Below are positions 1 to 7,741 of a stretch of 64,000 nt of DNA, piece after piece. The stretch is from positions 47,370 through 111,369 of the forward strand of contig DAONTI010000010.1 in the NCBI GenBank assembly GCA_035411585.1, written 5' to 3'. Made by a program: the position numbers and the translations under genes. Each line of letters opens with the position of its first letter. Within the stretch, counting starts at the first letter, position 1. The notes beneath the pieces are model-generated. The model searched no databases, was not told where the DNA came from, and saw nothing but the letters and a program-made list of their open reading frames with translations. Source of the DNA: Verrucomicrobiota bacterium (GTDB lineage Bacteria; Verrucomicrobiota; Verrucomicrobiia; Limisphaerales; MWDV01).

Positions 1-197
1 CGCGGCACGCGAAGTTATCAACCGAACCCGGTCCGACGCGGCGGTTTGCTTAGTCTAGGCACGAGGATCGGATGGGTTGCCGCCGCAAACGACCCTCCAG
101 CGTTTCGCCTGACCGGGGCCCGGTCTCCGGCACGATCAAGTCTGCCAGGCGCTGGTTTTCATTCTGGGTCTTTTTATTCAAAGCGATCTTGGTCTTG

Positions 198-712
198 GTT
201 CCCGTCCTCAGGCGGTCTGCTTCCCTTCACGCGTCAGCGCGCGCGGTTGGCCCATCCTTCCAATCGCCCCCACGAACCCCGCCAGTTCCCGCCCCAACGC
301 CGCCGCCGCCCACTTGCGACTTCTTCTTTCCCACGCCCGTCAGGTGTTTGTAGCGTGAATGCAATCGCGTTTGTGCGTTCCACGCCGCTTCCGTCACCGC
401 TTTGGGCAACCCGGCTTGCCGCGCCAGCACCGTGCGGCTCATGCGCGGGGCGCGGCTGTTGTTCCACGCCGCTTCGATCATCGTCTTGCGCGCCATCCCG
501 TGGCCCAGCTTGGTGATCCCGCCTTGCTTTCGCGTCGTCCCACGGGTGTGTTCGCTCGGGCACAACCCCAGGTAACTCATCAACGCCGGCGCACTCTCAA
601 ACCGATGGAGATCGCCCAACTCCGCCACCAGCGTCGCCCCCGTCAACTCCGCCACCCCGCGCCGACTCATCAACGCTTTGACCCCCGGCTGCCAGCGCCA
701 CCCTTCCCCCAC
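198..712 (-). pseudogene. IS110-family transposase remnant (C-terminal half only, frameshifted)
   Basis: ORF 227..712 reads ...GVAELTGATLVAELGDLHRFESAPALMSYLGLCPSEHTRG...AAWNAQTRLHSRYKHL, the conserved C-terminal region of IS110/IS116/IS902 transposases. The N-terminal DEDD catalytic half is missing; the DUF2726 gene ends only 46 nt away. After GKKKSQV the expected continuation VAAAALGRELAGFVGAI appears only in another frame (stop at 198..200), implying a frameshift near 300..310. Confidence 0.75.
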
Positions 713-757
713 GCGCCCGATCTGCTGCTCAGTTCGTCGCGCTCGATGAAGATTCCT

Positions 758-1342
758 TCAGAACGTCCGCTGTCCATGACTTGGCCCGTCTGCGGAACGG
801 GCGCCGACGTTGGGGGTGGCTCCCTCACCTGAACGAAATAAACCCTGCACCTGCGCTCGAATCTGCGGGGGCGAATACGACTGCCGCGCTGACACTCGCC
901 AGACGGGAATGCGCGCATCCGTCAACGCCGAATCCACAAGGCTGTCACGGATGCCGCGTTCCAATTTCTCGTGCGTCCGGTCATCCAACTCAATCACGGC
1001 CACAACGCCGAAGTGCGACGAATCACAGAGAACGAAATCAACGTGCTTCCCGGCGATGCGGTTGAAGGCCGTCTGCCAACCACTCCGGTTCGGATTGCGA
1101 ACCGGCTGGACAATGTCGGCCAGCCTGACCTTGGTGAAAATCTGATAATCAGAGGCGACTGCCTGCTGAAGCACGGCGAAGAACGACCGCTCTGCGGGGG
1201 TGAGCAAAGCCGGAACCGCTTCGTAGGTGTTCGCGCGGATCTGCGCGGTTCGTTGCCGGCCAATCAGACGAACAACAGACGCGGCAACCGCGAGCAGCAC
1301 CAGTATTACAACGGCAACAATCAACGGCGGGGGAATGGACAT
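758..1342 (-). CDS. DUF2726 domain-containing membrane-anchored protein (restriction-endonuclease-like fold)
   Basis: An N-terminal TM helix (PPLIVAVVILVLLAVAASVV) is followed by LLTPAERSFFAVLQQAV..YQIFTKVRLADIV..GKHVDFVLCD..AVIELDDRTH, which matches my memory of the DUF2726 family. The C-terminal tail (RSGEGATPNVGARSADGPSHGQRTF) runs toward the IS remnant and may be non-native. Confidence 0.7.
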   Translation of the reverse strand: MSIPPPLIVAVVILVLLAVAASVVRLIGRQRTAQIRANTYEAVPALLTPAERSFFAVLQQAVASDYQIFTKVRLADIVQPVRNPNRSGWQTAFNRIAGKHVDFVLCDSSHFGVVAVIELDDRTHEKLERGIRDSLVDSALTDARIPVWRVSARQSYSPPQIRAQVQGLFRSGEGATPNVGARSADGPSHGQRTF

Positions 1343-1358
1343 AATCGGCGAAGTGGTC

Positions 1359-1374
1359 TGGACAATCTGGCTTA
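1359..1374 (-). repeat. 16-nt leader element CTGGACAATCTGGCTT (copy 1), 17 nt upstream of the DUF2726 start codon
   Basis: Exact 16-nt match to 1879..1894. Both copies sit at nearly the same distance (16-17 nt) 5' of the ATG of consecutive minus-strand genes. Confidence 0.9.
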
Positions 1375-1467
1375 TGATGAAAACAAGAAATGGGGCGACT
1401 CTTCAGAATAAACATGGGTTGCGCCTGCACGCCAACGTGTCACCTTTGGCTTCACACTTGTCTCCGT

Positions 1468-1863
1468 TTAATCATGTGTCTCACACACTGTTGGAGCGAT
1501 GGCACTTTTTCTTCTGAATTTTGAACGAACCCAAACTCCTGCAAAAAAACCGGCGACACAGCCGCCGATGTTTGCGACGGCCAAGCCACCGACAAAAAGG
1601 AGGATAACGACTGGAGCCGCCGCTCCATTCATAATATCCGAGAGAATCTGATGTATGGGTTTCAGCATCAAGTTAACCAACCCCCACGCAACAAGCCAAA
1701 ATAGGATGTTTCCGAGGATAAAGCCTGGAATCGTGCCGGCCGCCCCACAGGCGATATACGAGCTCCAAGACCGTGTGCTTTTGATGAAGAAAAGCACTGC
1801 GGAGACCAGAAGCAAGCCCACGAAGAGCAGTGCATAAATTGGGCAGATAATAAAGTAAGGCAT
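1468..1863 (-). CDS. hypothetical small integral membrane protein (about 4 TM helices)
   Basis: 131-aa ORF with four clear hydrophobic helices (ALLFVGLLLVSAVLFFI, GTIPGFILGNILFWLVAWGLVNL, APVVILLFVGGLAVANIGG, VAGFFAGVWV). No competing ORF. Visibly more A/T-rich than the rest of the window. I recognise no family. Confidence 0.55.
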   Translation of the reverse strand: MPYFIICPIYALLFVGLLLVSAVLFFIKSTRSWSSYIACGAAGTIPGFILGNILFWLVAWGLVNLMLKPIHQILSDIMNGAAAPVVILLFVGGLAVANIGGCVAGFFAGVWVRSKFRRKSAIAPTVCETHD

Positions 1864-1878
1864 GGCGCTTAATGCGGG

Positions 1879-1894
1879 CTGGACAATCTGGCTT
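1879..1894 (-). repeat. 16-nt leader element CTGGACAATCTGGCTT (copy 2), 16 nt upstream of the 4-TM gene start codon
   Basis: Exact repeat of 1359..1374 in the same orientation and at the same spacing from the ATG. Confidence 0.9.
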
Positions 1895-2199
1895 TTATCG
1901 CCAGCGCCGGCCGCGCTGATCCGTCAGAGCAAACCGGCGTTGCCCAACGATGTTGGCCTCTACCGCGAGGCAGAATCAACGGGTCCACAATAGCAACTTC
2001 GCAGAACCGTGTCATGGATCGCATGAAGCCCTACATACGCTGTCCCAGCGGACCAGTCCAGCACCAAAGCCACAGAGTTGCGGACGCTGGCGCCAGCTCG
2101 ATCCGCACGTGCCGTTCACGGACCTTGTTTGATTGAGCTTTTGGCGGTTGAATTGCTCAAACGCCGACGAACAACCTCCGTCTTTCGATAGCGGCGATT

Positions 2200-3921
2200 T
2201 TATTTGATGCGGCGCAAAATGGCTTCGGCAAGCTGACGCCGCAACTTTGGCAACGCGTCGGGTGATTGCTGCCATTGTCCCCAGGTGGGTGCCGCAGTCC
2301 GCACCAGGTTGTCCACCAATGCTTTGCCTCCCAATTGCTCCAGCAGCACGAAATACTCGTAATCTTCCATCCCGTCGCGGAGGCATTTCAGCCGGACCGA
2401 CGCCACCGGGCCTTCAATGCCAGCCTCGTTGCCGGGATAAAACAACGCGCCTTCGCCGTTCCACTGCAATCGGAAGCCCGGCTCATCCCACGGATTCCGG
2501 TCGGGACTGCCCCAGTAAACCGTCGCCCAATAAAGCAGTCCGGTGATGTCGTAACGCCGGTTGAGCCAGGGCGCAATGCGATAAGCGGTCACGGGGAAAT
2601 CCAGTTCCCAATACGGCGGGTTGTCGTCCTTCACCTGTTCGTATTGCGGATGGTACGACGGCGCGGGTTGGACGAGCGCGGTATAGCTCCAGACGCTGTT
2701 GCCTTGAGCGCGCACACGCTCAATGCTGGCCGCGTCAATAAAGCCAAAAAGCGGACACCAAATATCCACCGCCCCGTCCAGCACGCCCCAAGCTGGATCT
2801 TCCGTGTATGGCTGCTCGACCACCAAGCGGCGTAACCTCGGCGCGGCTTCGTGAACCAGCGCGCCCAGTTGCCGCACCCGCTCGTAAGCCCTCGAATCGT
2901 TGGGTTCATCCAGCATGTAAAGGTAGGCGCGTTTGGCCCAACCATGCTTTTCGAGGTAGGCAAACACGGTACGATAGAAATTGATGGCTTGCGAACGGTG
3001 CTCCCCCAAGACGTCGCGGAACGGCGCGCGCGGCACGGGGAAATCAGTCACATGATAACGCGCCACAAACTCGGAGAACTTCTGGTCAGCCGCCGGATCG
3101 AAAACGACCGTTCCGTTGGCTTCTGGTTTCGGCCAAAGCCGATTGGGAAGCGGCGGGTTCAACCGATGCGCCGCCAGCATGGCGATATACCGTTCCTCCA
3201 AGCGGATGTATTTTTCGGGATCGTTTTCCAAGCGGTGATAAGCCCGCAACCGGCCAAAACCGCCGAAATGATTTTCGTGAGTCGGCCCTTCCGGCAAAGT
3301 GAAATCCCAGACGGTCAGTCGCACGGGAATCTTGGCGGGGCTGGCGTTCTTCGCGGTCACCCGCAGCACGCCCTCATAAACGCCGGGAGCGGCATCCCGC
3401 GGGATCCGCACATCCACCCACAACGCTTGATGATGGTCCGGCCATAAGGCAAAACCGGTTGCGCCAAAACGCGGCCCGTCCGGCTTGGCATCGGACCAAC
3501 GAGGTTCGCGCACTGGTTCACCGGTGTAAGGATCTTTGAATGGTATCAACGCATCCGCAATCAAGCCGGGCGCAACCGTGGCTCGCGGCGACGAATGGCG
3601 CACCGGCACCCATGCCACCCGGAAAAGCTCCAGGCTGGTTTCCGGCAGCGACGGCCCCCCGGCTTGGCGCAAAGGGTCGAGGGATGCCGTAACGCCTTCC
3701 AGTTTTTCGTCCACGCCGGTCACTACCACTTGAAACGATTCGGTTTCGCCCCGCGCCCCGGCAATCTCCACAGCGGACGTGCCTGCCAGCGGGCCGGTTG
3801 GCGTCGCGCGCATTGTTGCGGGCAGTGCCGTCAATTGGATGCGTGCCTCGGCGGCCTGCCCGGTCGCGGCCAGGTTCAGCAGGAGTGCTGCGCCCACGAC
3901 GGCAATCAAGATTCGATTCAT
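2200..3921 (-). CDS. secreted DUF4091 / glycoside hydrolase family 123-like protein
   Basis: Signal peptide MNRILIAVVGAALLLNLAATGQAAEA; the longer ORF start at 3951 is also possible. The C-terminal ...GEGALFYPGNEAGIEGPVASVRLKCLRDGMEDYEYFVLLEQL is the characteristic DUF4091/GH123 C-terminal signature as I recall it. Confidence 0.7.
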   Translation of the reverse strand: MNRILIAVVGAALLLNLAATGQAAEARIQLTALPATMRATPTGPLAGTSAVEIAGARGETESFQVVVTGVDEKLEGVTASLDPLRQAGGPSLPETSLELFRVAWVPVRHSSPRATVAPGLIADALIPFKDPYTGEPVREPRWSDAKPDGPRFGATGFALWPDHHQALWVDVRIPRDAAPGVYEGVLRVTAKNASPAKIPVRLTVWDFTLPEGPTHENHFGGFGRLRAYHRLENDPEKYIRLEERYIAMLAAHRLNPPLPNRLWPKPEANGTVVFDPAADQKFSEFVARYHVTDFPVPRAPFRDVLGEHRSQAINFYRTVFAYLEKHGWAKRAYLYMLDEPNDSRAYERVRQLGALVHEAAPRLRRLVVEQPYTEDPAWGVLDGAVDIWCPLFGFIDAASIERVRAQGNSVWSYTALVQPAPSYHPQYEQVKDDNPPYWELDFPVTAYRIAPWLNRRYDITGLLYWATVYWGSPDRNPWDEPGFRLQWNGEGALFYPGNEAGIEGPVASVRLKCLRDGMEDYEYFVLLEQLGGKALVDNLVRTAAPTWGQWQQSPDALPKLRRQLAEAILRRIK

Positions 3922-4288
3922 GGCAATAAATCTGATATTGACGGTTTTCACGGTTTCACATGTCTGACGCCAACAGATCGTGCGGAGTCAAAGGCGCGCC
4001 AAACGCTCATGTGACGGCAGAAAACACCAAACTGAATGTATCTTCCAACGCAGGAGTGGCCTAGAAGTAAATTTTAGAGAATGACAAAAGGAAGCACAAC
4101 GGGAACCTTTACTACTCAAAAAATCGTCCGATACCACGAGGTTGGAAAGACAGAACACGGATTAGTTTCGAGCAGTAAGGTGACATTGCACGACCACGCT
4201 CTGCTCGTCTGATACTACTGCTCACCGTCGCCACCCTTGTTATCTCGTCCTTCAACCTGTGCAGAAGCTCCGTCGAACTTGGGCGCAA

Positions 4289-7078
4289 CTATTGTGTAGC
4301 AATGCGGTAATAGGTTTCCGGTGCGGTCGTGGTCGGCAGGAAAAGTTGCATCGTGTTACCGTCGCCGATGAAGTTGGTGACGTTTATCCAGGGGGCAGTG
4401 GTGAGATTGGTGCGGGATTGCACAGTGTGGGTGCGTCCCGCCTGCGTGAGCAAAGAGAGGCTGAAGTTCGTCCCCGTGTGCCAGGGATTCAGAATCTGGA
4501 CCGGCGTTGCGGGCGGTTCAACAGCGCCAACGACGAAGCGGCGAATCTGACTGGAGGTCAAACTGACTTGAGCATACCAAGAGGAGAACGGCGTGGACGT
4601 TATTATATCCTCCGGATCGCTGATGGTCACTCCCGAAAAATCATTCAGGGTAAAATTAATATGGACCGCGTTGGTGCCAGGCATCAGCGGATTCGGCACG
4701 GTACTGCTCACCACATCATGTGCGAGATTTGTAAACCCGCCACTGACTGTCCTCGAGTCGGAGAGGTACGAACAAAGATAAAGCGAATCATAATTACCGG
4801 GACCGGTCCAGGTGAAGATGTGATCCGTGGAAACCCCAGTTTGCCATTCAGTGGGCGAGGTGACATTCACGGCCGGCAAATCGGACTCCACAAGCGTGTC
4901 AACGTTGACGTTGAATTTGTATTGTCGCTCGGACGGATGGCCCCGGTTGATGTAAATCGTCCAGTCGCCAGCTTCCAACGCCGTGATGAGTGTCGCCAGT
5001 GTGGGTTGGATGGAATAGGAAATCGAATCCTGACCACTGCCATCCCTTTGGGTGGTGAATGTGTTTCCAGGTGAGACAATCTCGTGCGAAGTAATCGGAT
5101 CGGGTTGGACGTAAGTAATTGAGGGATAGGCGAAAAAACCAGGATTGGTTGGATCCGACGACCGCTCGATGTGCAGCGTCATGATCATTTCAATTTCCGG
5201 GATGAATTGCACTTCATCAAGCCAGGCGGCGTCGGCTCCCGCGGTAAAGTCGCCATCCTTGTGATAGGTCCAGCGCAATGTATGCGTGCCAGCCGAAAGA
5301 TTGACTTCGTAAAATTCCCAGCCCGATTCACCGGAGAGCTCCGTTTCACTGTCGCCGTCCACTGTCAATTCGAGGTAGTCGTAGCTGTCAGAATCGTCAC
5401 TCGACACGTTCCACCAGAAGGTCAGTGTACCCGGCCCTTCCACGGTCGTTTCAATCCAGGACTCTTCGTCGTGGTCGATGGCGCCGCTCTGCGCTGCATC
5501 CATGCCATCGTGCGTTTCGTTGGTTTGTCGAAACCATGGAGCGTCTCCGCCGGTGATCCAGAGGAGGCTCGGTTGATCCACGGCATCGGCCAGTTCGCTA
5601 TCACCACCGACATCAGGAATGGTCGAGCCAGGGGCGTCGTAGAGCGCGGCGATTTCCGAGGCACTCAAGATGCCGGAATAAATTTGAACATCATCCAACA
5701 AACCGACATACGCGTGGAAATAATCCCCGCCGATTCGCAAATCTCCCACCTCGGTCAACGCATCCAGAGCGCCAAGGTAACCAACGGCGGCCCCCTCAAA
5801 GTCGCCGTTGACGTAAATCTTCTTTTCGCCGGTGATTTGGTTGCGGGTAACTGCCACATGAACATAGCTGCCAGTGCCTACTACATCCGTGCTCGAATGC
5901 AAAGTGTTGCCCGAGTAGGAGTTTGGATCGCCGGTGAAAAAGGCGGCTTTTGTTCCAGTCAAGGCCAGAGGCACAACATCCGCGGCCGCGCCGGCCAAGT
6001 CGCCCCAGAGGACGCCAGTGCCCACGAAACCGGGATCATCGTCTTCGCCAAACGTCTGTGTCGTTTTTATCCACGCCGACACGGTAAAACTGCCAGCCAG
6101 AACCGGAAACAGGTTTGTCGGCAGCCACAGAGTTGAATAGCCGTAAAGCTCAACGGCGCCCGAACCGGCGATGTTATCGGCGACGTAAGCATGCACGGGT
6201 TGGCCCCAGCTCGAAGAAACCATGATGTGATTTTCGCTCGGAGAAGAATCCCGTCCCAGAAAATCGTTATCGTCGAATTCGTAGTGAGCTTTCAGGCTGT
6301 GCGCCGCCATTCCACCGCCCGCAACACTGAAGTTTGAGATCTTGTAACTATACAACCCGCCAATGCCGGTCCAGTCGCTTATGGGCGCTCCCAAAGCGTT
6401 CGTTGGGGTGGAGAAACTGATTCCAGGGAAATCAAAACGGGAATAACGCACCAAAAGCAGGTTAGGTCCCGGGGTTAATGCAGCCGGACTCCACTCGGTG
6501 GCCGTGCCGGGCAAATAGGCCGACCAGAAGTTGCCAGACGTCTGGTGCGCGGTGTACGCGTAGATGGAAGATAAGGTATTGCTCGGGCCGCTCCAGTGGA
6601 ACGTTGGCGTGGTCGTCACTCCCGTACTGCCGTCCGCCGGAAAATCAATCGTCACCTCGCCTAATGTCTCCGTAGTGAGGTTGTTAATCGACATTGAAAA
6701 TTGATAGAGTTGTTCCGAGGGGTGACCGCGATTCAAATACAATTTCCAGAGGCCATTCGTGCATTCGTGGATGATATCGTTGAGATTGTTTTTCAAGAGG
6801 AAGTCGCTGGCACCATTGGTGTCACCAAATTGCCGCCACACCTGACCACTGGCCGATTCCAGCCAGTGAAAAGTCAGCGGTGGATTTGTGGCCGAGAGCC
6901 CCAACGAAACGGAGTAGAAGTCGAAGTAGAAGTCATGTCCGCGTTGAAGTGAAATTTCGGTGGTAACGTCCGCTTGGGCGAGGGTTGGGGAGCAGGCCGC
7001 GACGGCGCCGGCGATCAACCACCCGCGCCAAACTTGGGCAATCGTGGCCCGAAGGGAAGACAGAAACACGCAGTACAT
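4289..7078 (-). CDS. large secreted LamG-domain protein with bookend-duplicated module and C-terminal YYRI domain
   Basis: 929 aa with a signal peptide (..AACSPTLAQA). The central concanavalin-A-like/LamG segment reads SFTVSAWIKTTQ...YVHVAVTRNQITGEKKIYVNGDF...LRIGGDYFHAYVGLLDDVQIYSGILSASEIAALY. It is followed by a CUB/galactose-binding-like segment (GTLTFWWNVSSDDSDSYDYLELTVDG...GTHTLRWTYHKDGDFTAGADAAWLDEVQF). A roughly 190-aa module occurs twice (WKLYLNRGHPSEQLYQF / WTIYINRGHPSERQYKF). The protein ends ...ETYYRIATQ. Confidence 0.8.
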   Translation of the reverse strand: MYCVFLSSLRATIAQVWRGWLIAGAVAACSPTLAQADVTTEISLQRGHDFYFDFYSVSLGLSATNPPLTFHWLESASGQVWRQFGDTNGASDFLLKNNLNDIIHECTNGLWKLYLNRGHPSEQLYQFSMSINNLTTETLGEVTIDFPADGSTGVTTTPTFHWSGPSNTLSSIYAYTAHQTSGNFWSAYLPGTATEWSPAALTPGPNLLLVRYSRFDFPGISFSTPTNALGAPISDWTGIGGLYSYKISNFSVAGGGMAAHSLKAHYEFDDNDFLGRDSSPSENHIMVSSSWGQPVHAYVADNIAGSGAVELYGYSTLWLPTNLFPVLAGSFTVSAWIKTTQTFGEDDDPGFVGTGVLWGDLAGAAADVVPLALTGTKAAFFTGDPNSYSGNTLHSSTDVVGTGSYVHVAVTRNQITGEKKIYVNGDFEGAAVGYLGALDALTEVGDLRIGGDYFHAYVGLLDDVQIYSGILSASEIAALYDAPGSTIPDVGGDSELADAVDQPSLLWITGGDAPWFRQTNETHDGMDAAQSGAIDHDEESWIETTVEGPGTLTFWWNVSSDDSDSYDYLELTVDGDSETELSGESGWEFYEVNLSAGTHTLRWTYHKDGDFTAGADAAWLDEVQFIPEIEMIMTLHIERSSDPTNPGFFAYPSITYVQPDPITSHEIVSPGNTFTTQRDGSGQDSISYSIQPTLATLITALEAGDWTIYINRGHPSERQYKFNVNVDTLVESDLPAVNVTSPTEWQTGVSTDHIFTWTGPGNYDSLYLCSYLSDSRTVSGGFTNLAHDVVSSTVPNPLMPGTNAVHINFTLNDFSGVTISDPEDIITSTPFSSWYAQVSLTSSQIRRFVVGAVEPPATPVQILNPWHTGTNFSLSLLTQAGRTHTVQSRTNLTTAPWINVTNFIGDGNTMQLFLPTTTAPETYYRIATQ

Positions 7079-7741
7079 GGTATGTAATTCAGTTTGTTAG
7101 AATTTGGCAATATTCACACAGCCCCGCCACGGGGCATCAATGGGCGGAATGTAGATTGCTTTCCGGGCGAGCGCAAATGGGTGAAAATTTTGTCTCCCTT
7201 CCCCCCAAAGTTCCGGTCGGAAGCCGTTAAAAATGCTCTGTTGGGGGAGTCACGTTACCGTTCGATAAAATTTTTGAAGTTCGGTAAATCAACGGAGGAC
7301 GGCAAACTTGTTGGCTTTTCAGCGAGGCAATTGGCGATGAAATGTCTGGCTGGGAAACTCGCGCCGCCCGGAGATTACGGTGTGGTCAGTTAAGGGTAAA
7401 CAATGGCCCAACCCGGGGAGTGTCTGACCATCTCGGGGGTAGAAATCGCTGAGAAATTTCGTTAACGATATTCGAGTCCTCTTTGCCTGAATCCCGACAA
7501 GCGGGGGACGCGATACACAACGGATCTGACCGTTGACGCGTAGCCATGCATCCGTATTGCTTTCCCAAATCCAACTCGATGGGGTGACCGCACGAAACTT
7601 CGGCGGGTTGGGCGCGACTGGCGGCGAAGCCATCGTGATGACGAATCTCCAGCCGCAACGGACAAAGCGGCCGTGGATGTCACCCTGATGCCCCTCAGGC
7701 CGGCTCGCGGAGCCAGCCTTGAGGAGTTTTCAAATACGCCC

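Noticed and set aside
46-832. Plus-strand ORFs 46..516, 72..353 and 359..832 overlapping the IS110 remnant
   Set aside because: They are antisense to the recognisable transposase fragment, their translations are Pro/Arg/Ser-rich and low-complexity, and they have no known motifs.
7121-7137. Short GC hairpin (GCCCC-GCCAC-GGGGC) in the long spacer as a terminator
   Set aside because: It has only a 5-bp stem and no U-tract, and it lies about 600 nt from the nearest upstream stop. Such hairpins are expected by chance in GC-rich DNA.
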